In this document: positions 48,627 to 56,569 of the stretch, in pieces
Position numbering within the stretch: the first letter of the stretch is position 1
Layout of the letters: each line of letters starts with the position of its first letter
IMG/VR virus record: IMGVR_UViG_3300042326_002445
Location: 159,647-223,646 of that record
Strand: one strand, 5' to 3'
Length of the DNA stretch: 64,000 bases
Notes under the pieces: generated by a model
The model's database searches: none
Seen by the model: the letters and a program-made list of their open reading frames with translations, nothing else
What the model was told of the DNA's origin: nothing
Program-made: the position numbers and the translations under genes

Positions 48627-49022
48627 ATGGAAAAAGAATCTTTAGAAAAATCGGCAGACCTAAGACAATGGCTCAAAGAAAAATGGGTGGATATATCTCG
48701 TACAGATAAAAGCGGCAAACACCCACCATGCGGTAGGTCGGATTCATCTAAGGGGGCCTACCCAAAATGTCGGCCCTCCAAGAAAGTATCCAAGAAGACC
48801 CCCACAACATCCCGTGGAATGTCAAAAAAGACTAAAAGCAAGGCTGTCAGACAAAAAAGAGATGCTGAAAAGTCTCCAAGAGTGGACAAAAAGCCTCATA
48901 TGACATCTCATCATGATTTAAAAAATAAAAAATCTTCCTCTGAAATCCGTATGACCAAAGAGGCTTGGTTTGAGATAGGCTTAAAAGCGGGGTGGATCAA
49001 TGTCAAAGACAGCTCAAATTAG
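48627..49022 (+). CDS. basic hypothetical protein
   Basis: WLKEKWVDISR..KHPPCGR...YPKCRP; ends with EAWFEIGLKAGWI. Confidence 0.75.
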   Translation: MEKESLEKSADLRQWLKEKWVDISRTDKSGKHPPCGRSDSSKGAYPKCRPSKKVSKKTPTTSRGMSKKTKSKAVRQKRDAEKSPRVDKKPHMTSHHDLKNKKSSSEIRMTKEAWFEIGLKAGWINVKDSSN

Positions 49023-49087
49023 CGAAGGCACTTGCAACTTAAAAGAAAAACTTAAATTTTTCTTTTGGTTTTGGACTGGCTGGATGC

Positions 49088-49115
49088 TTGCACTTATATC
49101 ATGCACTAGTATAAT
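49088..49115 (+). promoter_or_regulatory. sigma70-like promoter, predicted leaderless transcript
   Basis: TTGCAC 49088-49093, 16 nt, TATAAT 49110-49115; ATG 49122 at +7. Confidence 0.75.
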
Positions 49116-49121
49116 GCGTTA

Positions 49122-49352
49122 ATGTTCGCCATAAAAGTTGTCGGATATGACATTGACGGGGAGCCTCTTTTGCTTGCCGATGGCATTGGCGGTGAAGGGC
49201 GTAAAATTCTTGTTTTTTCATCTAAAGAATCTGCAGACAAAACATGCAAAGAGATGAATGTCATCAGTGGTCGCATGAAGACTACTGGTGGTTACGAAGT
49301 CATTAAGATTAAAAAAGAGTGGATTGAAGGCATGTCAGTCGAGCATCTGTAA
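49122..49352 (+). CDS. hypothetical protein
   Basis: 76 aa ORF; no RBS. Confidence 0.7.
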   Translation: MFAIKVVGYDIDGEPLLLADGIGGEGRKILVFSSKESADKTCKEMNVISGRMKTTGGYEVIKIKKEWIEGMSVEHL

Positions 49353-49388
49353 TCTTCGTATAAAAGTAAAAAAAGTTTCCGACAGCAC

Positions 49389-49416
49389 TTGACAAGGCTG
49401 TGCGCGCATGTATAGT
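49389..49416 (+). promoter_or_regulatory. sigma70-like promoter
   Basis: TTGACA 49389-49394, 16 nt, TG-TATAGT 49411-49416. Confidence 0.7.
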
Positions 49417-49553
49417 ACATGCACAAGGCGATTGCTTCCGTATACGCAAACGCTTTGTCTGCAGGCACTTACAAAAACTCTTTCATCAACTGAATCTGTT
49501 GTTTCAGTGATGCGAAGGAACAGTACTTGCTGAATTCTAGGAGAGTAAGCCAG

Positions 49554-50180
49554 ATGATCAACTTTATCGCCACTCAAGAGCACAAGACTACTACCGCAAG
49601 CAAGTCTATGACCCTCTACGAGATGTACGAGTACATCAGAGCGCACAGAGTAGAGCTTGCCTCAATGAAAAAGCAGGCCGCAAATACTCGAATTGAGCTT
49701 GAGCACATCGTTGCAGACATGACTTACAAGATTGCTTCTGTTGAAAGTGCTAAGAAGGCAAATAGACTGAGATCTGCTCTTGATGAGATGATCAAGAACA
49801 TTAGGGCAATTGAGGCATGCTCAAAAGAGATCGTAAGTCTTGAAGATCAGGCAAAATCTAAAAATTCTCAAAAGGACATCAGAAAGCCTTTCAGGGAATG
49901 TGTTGAGAACTTTGTTAAGCTTAAGGGTTCAGAGCCTTTTGAGCCCACCGAAGTAGCAAGGTTTGTTGCAGAGTCAAGAAATCAGCCTTTGACTAATTCT
50001 TTGCGAGTGTTTACTCACCGCATCATCAAAGACTTTGTGCTTGAAAAAAAGATCGTGCAGCTTGCTCATGGGCTTTATGAAAGCTCAAATGCTCCCACTC
50101 TCTTTTGTGAAGGATCTGTGATTATCGACAGTGCACAGATTACAGAGTCTTCTGTAGACCCAAAAGCAAATTGCGCATAA
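49554..50180 (+). CDS. coiled-coil protein with a possible C-terminal winged helix
   Basis: AGGAGA RBS; heptad-rich middle; KIVQLAHGLY wing-like end. Confidence 0.65.
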   Translation: MINFIATQEHKTTTASKSMTLYEMYEYIRAHRVELASMKKQAANTRIELEHIVADMTYKIASVESAKKANRLRSALDEMIKNIRAIEACSKEIVSLEDQAKSKNSQKDIRKPFRECVENFVKLKGSEPFEPTEVARFVAESRNQPLTNSLRVFTHRIIKDFVLEKKIVQLAHGLYESSNAPTLFCEGSVIIDSAQITESSVDPKANCA

Positions 50181-50229
50181 AATAGCAATATCGCCTTCTG
50201 TCTTTTTCTTATGTTGCCGATATAGGGGG

Positions 50230-50526
50230 ATGGACAACATAGAAAAAACAGAAGGCGATATTATTTCTATCTTCAATCAGATAGATTACATTTTGCAAAA
50301 CTTAGATGTAGAGCCACTACCTGGGCATGTGATTGCTACTTTATGTCAATCTAGGCGCTATATCAATTCACTTGAGCATGACTTGCAGTTTCTTGCCAGT
50401 GAAGAAAAATGGGTTTTGCAAAACGAATTCATAAATCAATTAAAAAATGAGAATTTAGATCTTAGACGACAAATGGACAATAACAATGAACCAGAAGTGT
50501 CCGACAATTTGAATAGTGAAATTTAA
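50230..50526 (+). CDS. hypothetical coiled-coil protein
   Basis: 98 aa ORF with GGGGG RBS. Confidence 0.65.
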   Translation: MDNIEKTEGDIISIFNQIDYILQNLDVEPLPGHVIATLCQSRRYINSLEHDLQFLASEEKWVLQNEFINQLKNENLDLRRQMDNNNEPEVSDNLNSEI

Positions 50527-50534
50527 CATCCAAG

Positions 50535-50882
50535 ATGGAGAAAAAAATAATGTCAGAAAATATTGTAAAACTTGATACTGATAATTTTGACAAAGAAATT
50601 TATCAGAGTGATACTCCTTGTTTTGTTCAGTTCAGCACGCCGTGGTGTGCTCCGTGCAGAACCTTTGCGCCTATCATGGCTTCTTTATCTGAGCAGTTTA
50701 ATGGCAAGTGCAAATTTGGAAAAATCGATGCAGAAGAAAATATGGAACTAGCATATAAGTTTAATATTTCTTCTGTTCCAACTATGCTAATATTTAAAAA
50801 AGATCAAGTGGTTGAGCGAATAAATGGACTGGTTCCTAGAGATAATCTAGTATCAAAAATAGAAAACGTTTTACAATCATAA
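50535..50882 (+). CDS. trxA: thioredoxin
   Basis: FSTPWCAPCR active site; SVPT cis-Pro loop. Confidence 0.9.
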   Translation: MEKKIMSENIVKLDTDNFDKEIYQSDTPCFVQFSTPWCAPCRTFAPIMASLSEQFNGKCKFGKIDAEENMELAYKFNISSVPTMLIFKKDQVVERINGLVPRDNLVSKIENVLQS

Positions 50883-50898
50883 GTAAGATTGGATAAAA

Positions 50899-51894
50899 AT
50901 GCAAAAAACAGCGATTATCACAGGCGTCAATGGTCAGGATGGATCTTACCTTTCAGAGCTACTGCTATCGAAAGGTTACAGAGTAATAGGGCTGAAGAGA
51001 AGAACTTCAACTATTAATACATCTAGAGTAGATCATTTGATGTCTCACCCAGATTTTATATTGCGTTATTATGACTTGCAAGATGGACCATGCATAACTC
51101 ACCTTCTTGGCTCATGTCATGTTGATGAACTTTACAATCTGGCTGCACAGTCTCATGTGGGGGTGTCTTTTGAAATTCCAGAATACACATCATACGGGAT
51201 ATGCCAAGGAACCTTAAAGATACTTGAGGCAATACGCGCATCAAGTCCTCATACAAAGTTCTACCAAGCATCTTCTTCTGAAATGTTTGGAGACAGTACT
51301 GATTATGATGACAATCAGGCTTTTAATGAGAATAGTAAAATGTTACCTGTATCCCCATATGCATGCTCAAAGCTGCATGCGCATCACATGACTCGTGTTT
51401 ACAGAAATGCATACGGTATGCATGCGTCTTCCGGCATACTGTTTAATCATGAAAGCCCTCGTCGTGGTGAAACTTTTGTAACACGCAAAATCACAATTGC
51501 TGCTGCAAAGATTAAGCTTGGCATGCAAAGAAAGTTGAGTCTAGGCAATCTTGATGCTAAAAGAGATTGGGGTCATGCAGCAGATTATGTTGAAGCCATG
51601 TGGCTTATGCTTCAGCACGATTTTGGCGATGACTACGTGATCGCTACGAATGAAACTTACACTGTACGTGACTTCTTGAAGGTAGTTTTTGATCACGCTG
51701 GACTAGGAAGCTATGAGCAATATGTAGTAATAGACCAAAGACTTTTCCGTCCAAATGAAGTTCCTTTCTTAAAAGGAAATCCCGCAAAGGCAAAGTCAGT
51801 TTTGGGATGGAAGCCGAAGTACAACATGGAATCGCTAGCAATCAGCATGTTTGATGAAGACATGAAAAATTTAACAGAAAAGGTTTTAAGATGA
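50899..51894 (+). CDS. gmd: GDP-mannose 4,6-dehydratase
   Basis: ITGVNGQDGSYL, YNLAAQSHV, YQASSSEMFG, SPYACSK, NHESPRRGETFVTRKI, LGNLDAKRDWGHA. Confidence 0.95.
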   Translation: MQKTAIITGVNGQDGSYLSELLLSKGYRVIGLKRRTSTINTSRVDHLMSHPDFILRYYDLQDGPCITHLLGSCHVDELYNLAAQSHVGVSFEIPEYTSYGICQGTLKILEAIRASSPHTKFYQASSSEMFGDSTDYDDNQAFNENSKMLPVSPYACSKLHAHHMTRVYRNAYGMHASSGILFNHESPRRGETFVTRKITIAAAKIKLGMQRKLSLGNLDAKRDWGHAADYVEAMWLMLQHDFGDDYVIATNETYTVRDFLKVVFDHAGLGSYEQYVVIDQRLFRPNEVPFLKGNPAKAKSVLGWKPKYNMESLAISMFDEDMKNLTEKVLR

Positions 51895-52298
51895 GTAAGA
51901 AAAAAGATAATTCGAAAAAAGTTAATGGGAAGAAGCATGCAAAGAAAGAGGTTAAGAAGAAGGAAAAGAAGACTTCAAAGACAGCACAATCTAAGCCTAT
52001 GAAACCTCAGTTTGTATGGCCAAAAGAACATGAAGTAAAAGACAATAAGCCATGCAATGTCTCTGAGGAAAAGAAGGAAGAAACTTTGATGCCCGAAGAA
52101 GCTGGTTTTGCTTCATTTGAGGAACCCAAGCTGAATGGTGATGAAACTCCATTTATATTTACAAGTCACGTTTCGGTTGGAACATCTGCAAACTTTGATG
52201 AAATTAAAAGCAAGACATCTGAAATTGTTGAAAAAACAAAGAAAGACATCAAGGGCATGTGGAAAACTTTCATACGAAGGATGAAAGGGCTGGCTTGA
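51891..52298 (+). CDS. K/E-rich hypothetical protein
   Basis: 135 aa; ATGA overlap with gmd. Confidence 0.7.
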   Translation: MSKKKDNSKKVNGKKHAKKEVKKKEKKTSKTAQSKPMKPQFVWPKEHEVKDNKPCNVSEEKKEETLMPEEAGFASFEEPKLNGDETPFIFTSHVSVGTSANFDEIKSKTSEIVEKTKKDIKGMWKTFIRRMKGLA

Positions 52299-52322
52299 TT
52301 AAAGTTTTTGCAGGTGTATAAT
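52295..52322 (+). promoter_or_regulatory. sigma70-like promoter with extended -10, near-leaderless
   Basis: TTGATT 52295-52300, 16 nt, TG-TATAAT 52317-52322; ATG at 52331. Confidence 0.6.
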
Positions 52323-52330
52323 AGCCTGTT

Positions 52331-52525
52331 ATGATTCTTAAAGCATACTTTCTTCCAGTTGCAGCAGCTTTCTGCGTTTTTGCAGTAACTGCTGCAATTT
52401 TTATTCACAGCAAATTAAAAAATAAAAAAGTAACTAGAAAAAGTTATTCTGGAAATTCTTTGTCTTCTCAAATGCTTGACGACATTAAAAAAATAGAGAA
52501 GATTCTCTATGATAGTCAGGGATGA
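52331..52525 (+). CDS. small membrane-anchored protein
   Basis: N-terminal hydrophobic helix followed by basic residues. Confidence 0.65.
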   Translation: MILKAYFLPVAAAFCVFAVTAAIFIHSKLKNKKVTRKSYSGNSLSSQMLDDIKKIEKILYDSQG

Positions 52526-52549
52526 TTTGAGAAATCTTTTGATTACCTG

Positions 52550-52578
52550 TTGACAAGTATAGACAACATCTCTATACT
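52550..52578 (+). promoter_or_regulatory. sigma70 promoter of csrA
   Basis: TTGACA 52550-52555, 17 nt, TATACT 52573-52578. Confidence 0.8.
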
Positions 52579-52621
52579 ACAAGAGAAGTCACGTGACTCA
52601 AACATCAAGCCAAGGAAGGTT

Positions 52622-52813
52622 ATGCAAAAAGAAAAAAACGAAAAGAAGGTTTTAGTTGTTTCTCGAAAAGTAGGAGAGATTGTGGTGATTGGCGACAGCG
52701 CCAGCCCTCTTGGAGAGATTGAAGTTGTTCGAATTGACGGGGGTAAGGTAAGAATTGCATTGAGGTTTCCTGAAGACATCAGGATCAACCGTAAAGAGAT
52801 TGCGTTAGCGTAA
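52622..52813 (+). CDS. csrA: carbon storage regulator CsrA/RsmA-family RNA-binding protein
   Basis: VLVVSRKVGEIVVIG...EVVRIDGGKVRIAL.FPEDIRINRKEI. Confidence 0.85.
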   Translation: MQKEKNEKKVLVVSRKVGEIVVIGDSASPLGEIEVVRIDGGKVRIALRFPEDIRINRKEIALA

Positions 52814-52837
52814 TAAGTTTTTTCATTTAGATTTTTG

Positions 52838-52868
52838 AAGGCTGCACATGAATATGTGCGGCCTTTTT
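52838..52868 (+). terminator. intrinsic terminator after csrA
   Basis: AAGGCTGCACAT-GAAT-ATGTGCGGCCTT plus T tract. Confidence 0.8.
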
Positions 52869-52913
52869 ATCTTTTTAGAACAGTGTTGGATATAGGTGTA
52901 TAGGAGATACTTC

Positions 52914-53543
52914 ATGGGAGCAAATGATCCTGTAGCCACATACCTTATCATTGAGCATTCTGGTGAAAAATACTATTCATACCGTGAAAGTAAGGAACAC
53001 TTTGCTGTTGCGGAAGAATCGAGAAGAGCCTCTGGGCTTAAAAGGCTTTCAGAAACTCTTTTAGATGAAGACTGTGATCTTTCACATCTTCCCGCCAATA
53101 CGTACATTGTGATTAATCTTGATTCTCAAAATGCTTGCATTGCTTCAAGAGAAGAAGTACTTATGAAAGATTTTTGGGGTGAAAAGTGTGAAGATTTTGA
53201 GGGCAAGTGTGCTGGATGTATCGCATGGCAGATTTTTGAGTCTACGGGCACTGTCCCCTTGTCAGATGAAGTTTCTGACAAAGTGAAAATGAATAAGAAT
53301 AATGGAAAGCTTGCCACATGGGACTACAGAGTTGTTAGATCAGTTTGTCCTACGAGTGGCGAAGAAAGCTTTGCAATTTATGAAGTCTACTATGACAAAT
53401 GCGGCAGACCAGAGAGTCGCACCGCAGATCCTGTCGCTGCATTTGGCAATAATTTGAAAGAATTGAAGAAAGACATGAAATACATGAAAAAGGCACTGAA
53501 AGAGCCTGTATTGGACGATTCAATCTTTAACGAGGAAAAATAA
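52914..53543 (+). CDS. hypothetical multi-module protein
   Basis: AGGAG RBS; DFWGEKC...CAGCIAW segment and WDYRV...YEVYYD...PVL segment. Confidence 0.7.
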   Translation: MGANDPVATYLIIEHSGEKYYSYRESKEHFAVAEESRRASGLKRLSETLLDEDCDLSHLPANTYIVINLDSQNACIASREEVLMKDFWGEKCEDFEGKCAGCIAWQIFESTGTVPLSDEVSDKVKMNKNNGKLATWDYRVVRSVCPTSGEESFAIYEVYYDKCGRPESRTADPVAAFGNNLKELKKDMKYMKKALKEPVLDDSIFNEEK

Positions 53544-53544
53544 A

Positions 53545-54009
53545 ATGGCTTTAAACTTTGGAACATTCGGAACTTCTAGACTTTACGGAACTGGTAATTT
53601 TTTACATCAGTCAAACGCAGAAGGCTCTACCTATCTAGACTTTGCGTATACACTTCCGCTTTCTTTTACTCCATCTTTTGAGCACCCAGTTCCAACTGAT
53701 GAAGGAATCTATCAGCCCACTGTAGGACATTCATATCCTAATGTGCTTTTTACTGGATTCGCTGACGGTTTTTGGGTGCACAGAGTTTTTCTTGAAGGAC
53801 GATTGGTAAAAACATTTACACTTGTTGATCAGCAGTTTGCAATACCAATACAGTTTGATTTTGTTGAAAGCGTGTGCTTGCAGACATCTACAGAATTAGA
53901 TGGAGGTGATATAGACGGAAAATGTCCCGATGTTCCAGGCCCTGCCAGTATTGTTACCTTGTGCGCAGGTCTAGCACTAATTATGGGTAAGCGCAGTAGA
54001 CGTTTTTAA
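53545..54009 (+). CDS. protein with a PEP-CTERM-like C-terminal sorting signal
   Basis: VPGPASIVTLCAGLALIMGKRSRRF: Pro-x-Pro motif, TM helix, Arg cluster at the C-terminus. Confidence 0.7.
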   Translation: MALNFGTFGTSRLYGTGNFLHQSNAEGSTYLDFAYTLPLSFTPSFEHPVPTDEGIYQPTVGHSYPNVLFTGFADGFWVHRVFLEGRLVKTFTLVDQQFAIPIQFDFVESVCLQTSTELDGGDIDGKCPDVPGPASIVTLCAGLALIMGKRSRRF

Positions 54010-54063
54010 TTAAACGCACCTTTCTGCTGTCACACACTGTGCGTAAAAAGTCGATAATTGAAT

Positions 54064-54189
54064 ATGGACCCGATACTGCAATTAGCAATTATTCTTGTTT
54101 GTGGCGCACTCGGAACTGTAATTATAATTAATGAAGTGCCAAGAAACGTAATAAAAGCAAAAAGAAAAAGTAAGGTAAAAAGCAAATGA
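54064..54189 (+). CDS. small membrane protein (not in ORF track)
   Basis: 41 aa MDPILQLAIILVCGALGTVIII plus basic tail; stop overlaps the next ATG. Confidence 0.55.
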   Translation: MDPILQLAIILVCGALGTVIIINEVPRNVIKAKRKSKVKSK

Positions 54190-54533
54190 AAGTAGTTATA
54201 GCTGGGTCGAGAGGTATTAACGACAAAAATGTCGTTAATCAGGCTATTAAAGACTCTGGTTTTAAAATCACAGAAATACTTTGTGGCTGTGCAAAGGGAG
54301 TGGACAGTCTAGGTAGAGATTACGGTCTGCAAAATAATATTCCAGTTGCTGAATTTCCAGCAAACTGGACTAAGTACGGAAATGCAGCTGGCATTATGAG
54401 AAATATCGTTATGTCTAAAAAGTGCGATGCTCTCATTGCTATTTGGGACGGCCACTCAAGAGGCACGAAGCACATGATTGAGTGTGTTGAAAAACTAAAA
54501 CTTCCTAGTTATGTAAAAATAATCGAAACATAA
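54186..54533 (+). CDS. YspA-related SLOG family protein
   Basis: IAGSR, GCAKGVDSLG, ANW.KYG.AAG..RN..M, IAIWDG.SRGTKHMI. Confidence 0.85.
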   Translation: MKVVIAGSRGINDKNVVNQAIKDSGFKITEILCGCAKGVDSLGRDYGLQNNIPVAEFPANWTKYGNAAGIMRNIVMSKKCDALIAIWDGHSRGTKHMIECVEKLKLPSYVKIIET

Positions 54534-54615
54534 TTTTTCATATTGTGGCACTGAAACAGTGATGCATGGATACTTAAATATGCACAATCAAATTGCGAAA
54601 GAAAGGAAGTGCATC

Positions 54616-54810
54616 ATGGAAAAAGTTTCAACACATTTCGTTGCCAATTTTTCGACTGAAGAAATTCCTCAAAGTGTAATCGGTCTTTGGAGAAACTGGA
54701 TTTTTTGTGGTTCTATAAGCCCGATTTTAGATTATGGTCACGAAAAAGATATAGCAAAGGCACTGGAAAAAAGTGCGAATGACGAAAACAAAATTTCAAG
54801 GAGAAAATAA
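54616..54810 (+). CDS. hypothetical protein (start uncertain; track start 54559)
   Basis: AAGGAAG before ATG 54616. Confidence 0.5.
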   Translation: MEKVSTHFVANFSTEEIPQSVIGLWRNWIFCGSISPILDYGHEKDIAKALEKSANDENKISRRK

Positions 54811-54977
54811 TGAACACAACTAAAAATGAAAACTCATCAGAAACTGAAGTAGCTCGCCTCAATTCCATCATATCTGAGGCACTGAATAAGCTTGAAAAAG
54901 CACCAAGCAACCTTTTTACAACTTCAAGGCACGCAATATTTATTTATGAATTAGAAGAGATTTTGAGAAAAGCGTAA
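54810..54977 (+). CDS. small hypothetical protein (not in ORF track)
   Basis: AGGAG RBS; TAATG coupling; 55 aa. Confidence 0.6.
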   Translation: MNTTKNENSSETEVARLNSIISEALNKLEKAPSNLFTTSRHAIFIYELEEILRKA

Positions 54978-54981
54978 TGAA

Positions 54982-55128
54982 ATGAAGTACATCAAAAGTC
55001 TGTTGGAAGCTAAAAAGGTAAGACCAATAGAAGTTGTTATGTCTGTCACGGACATAGCAATTGACGGATTTTTAACTATGTGTATTTTAGCTATCATATT
55101 GGCACTTATTAGTTGGACTTTCAAATAA
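54982..55128 (+). CDS. small membrane protein (not in ORF track)
   Basis: 48 aa with a C-terminal hydrophobic helix. Confidence 0.5.
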   Translation: MKYIKSLLEAKKVRPIEVVMSVTDIAIDGFLTMCILAIILALISWTFK

Positions 55129-55194
55129 TAACGTATTTTATGAAATGAAGATTGCATTGATCACGAATGTATTGTTTAATAACTGGTCAAAAAC

Positions 55195-55758
55195 ATGATA
55201 AATGCAAAAGAGACACGTAATATCATAGATCATTATGCATACTGGAAAGACGACGCTATTAGAGCTGATCTTAATGACAAGCGTTTTGATTATTCAGTTG
55301 TCTGCTGCAACATTGGGAATGATTTTAATATTGCAACCGTTATTCGTAACGCTAATGCGTTTTTGGCGAAAGAAGTAGTCATTTATGGAAACAAAAAGTA
55401 CGACAGGCGTGGGACCGTTGGAACTCATAACTACACTAATTTTCGTCATGTTAAGTCTGTTGACGATCTATCTGCTTACTTTTGCTCATTGGGCGGATTA
55501 CATGGTTGCAAAAAGATCAAAATAGTCGGTATAGACAATGTTGAGAATTCAGAAAACATAAACGATTTTTTATTTGAACCCTCAGTTTACTATGTTCTGA
55601 TTTTTGGCCAAGAGCAGATAGGTATACCTCAAGAGGTGCTTGAAGTGTGCGATAATGTCCTATACATTCCTCAGTATGGATCAGTTCGGAGCATCAATGT
55701 TGGCTCCGCAAGCGCAATCGCCATGAACGCATACTGCGCCGCCTGCGCCATCGTGTAA
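55195..55758 (+). CDS. SpoU/TrmH-family (SPOUT) RNA 2'-O-methyltransferase
   Basis: NIATVIRNANAF, IFGQEQIGI, YIPQYGSVRSINVGSASAIAM. Confidence 0.88.
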   Translation: MINAKETRNIIDHYAYWKDDAIRADLNDKRFDYSVVCCNIGNDFNIATVIRNANAFLAKEVVIYGNKKYDRRGTVGTHNYTNFRHVKSVDDLSAYFCSLGGLHGCKKIKIVGIDNVENSENINDFLFEPSVYYVLIFGQEQIGIPQEVLEVCDNVLYIPQYGSVRSINVGSASAIAMNAYCAACAIV

Positions 55759-55782
55759 TCTACAAAAAGTACAGTACGGGGC

Positions 55783-55811
55783 TTGACAAAGCCCGCCTCC
55801 TGCACTACCTT
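55783..55811 (+). promoter_or_regulatory. sigma70-like promoter, predicted leaderless; -35 embedded in an inverted repeat
   Basis: TTGACA 55783-55788, 17 nt, TACCTT 55806-55811; ATG 55818 at +7; GGGCTT-GAC-AAAGCCC. Confidence 0.75.
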
Positions 55812-55817
55812 GTAGTC

Positions 55818-56078
55818 ATGTCAATGGCACAAGTAATGGAGCGCATGTCCTCCAAAGGCTACAGGTTTGCGGTTGGGATGATGACGCCAACTGCTATTCA
55901 ATTACTTTTCCCTAATTTTAATCCTTGCACTGGGCCGACGATGGTTCCCATGTGGGTGCGAGAAGAAAAAGACGGGTATGTGTTCTGCGTGCTTGGCTCT
56001 GAGCCCACAGAGAATCATCCTGAAAAGAAATTGCCACGTAGTTACTTTCTTAATCTCAACATTTTGCCCAAGCAATGA
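55818..56078 (+). CDS. hypothetical protein
   Basis: 86 aa; no RBS. Confidence 0.7.
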   Translation: MSMAQVMERMSSKGYRFAVGMMTPTAIQLLFPNFNPCTGPTMVPMWVREEKDGYVFCVLGSEPTENHPEKKLPRSYFLNLNILPKQ

Positions 56079-56557
56079 GAAAACCATATACTGAGCAAGA
56101 ATGGATTGTAAGAGGCAGAGAGCTTCTTTCAAGCAAATCCATTCAAAGTGCTGACGGCTGTATCTTATGGAATGGCTATGTCCACAAGACTTGTGGATAT
56201 GGCGTTCAAAAATTCATGGGAATGCCACGAGATGTTCGTCGTGTTGCTCTTATCTGCGCTGGTATGCAGCACAAAAAAGGAGTAGTAATTCCGTCATGCG
56301 GCAATAGACTGTGCATTAATCCTGAACATTTGTCACTTGTGAATCGACAGGTGTGGCGCGAAAAAAGATTTCCAACTGTTTTCCCTATTGGGGCAGGAGA
56401 GAAAAATGGTCGTGCAAGGCTTAATGAAAGTCTTGTTCGCAAGATGAGAAAAGACCGTGATGTCGGCAAGAAAGTCTCTGAACTTTCTGAAGAGTACGGG
56501 GTTTCAGAAAGCACTGTGCGAGAAATCCTAAGTAAAAATCTTTGGAAGCATTGCTAG
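56075..56557 (+). CDS. His-Me finger (HNH-type) protein with a C-terminal HTH, likely catalytically degenerate
   Basis: CILWNG..GYG, CGNRLCINPEHL, GEKNGRARL...VS.STVR.I. Confidence 0.75.
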   Translation: MRKPYTEQEWIVRGRELLSSKSIQSADGCILWNGYVHKTCGYGVQKFMGMPRDVRRVALICAGMQHKKGVVIPSCGNRLCINPEHLSLVNRQVWREKRFPTVFPIGAGEKNGRARLNESLVRKMRKDRDVGKKVSELSEEYGVSESTVREILSKNLWKHC

Positions 56558-56569
56558 CAGGAGTAGATC

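Noticed and set aside
49001-49121. Possible frameshift extending ORF 48627 into an MSKTAQ frame
   Set aside because: The alternative frame is short and runs over the next promoter; no slippery site was seen and it cannot be separated from chance without homologs
49419-49493. 24-aa upstream ORF or structured leader after promoter 49389
   Set aside because: The ATG lies upstream of the expected transcription start, and no convincing RNA structure was found by eye
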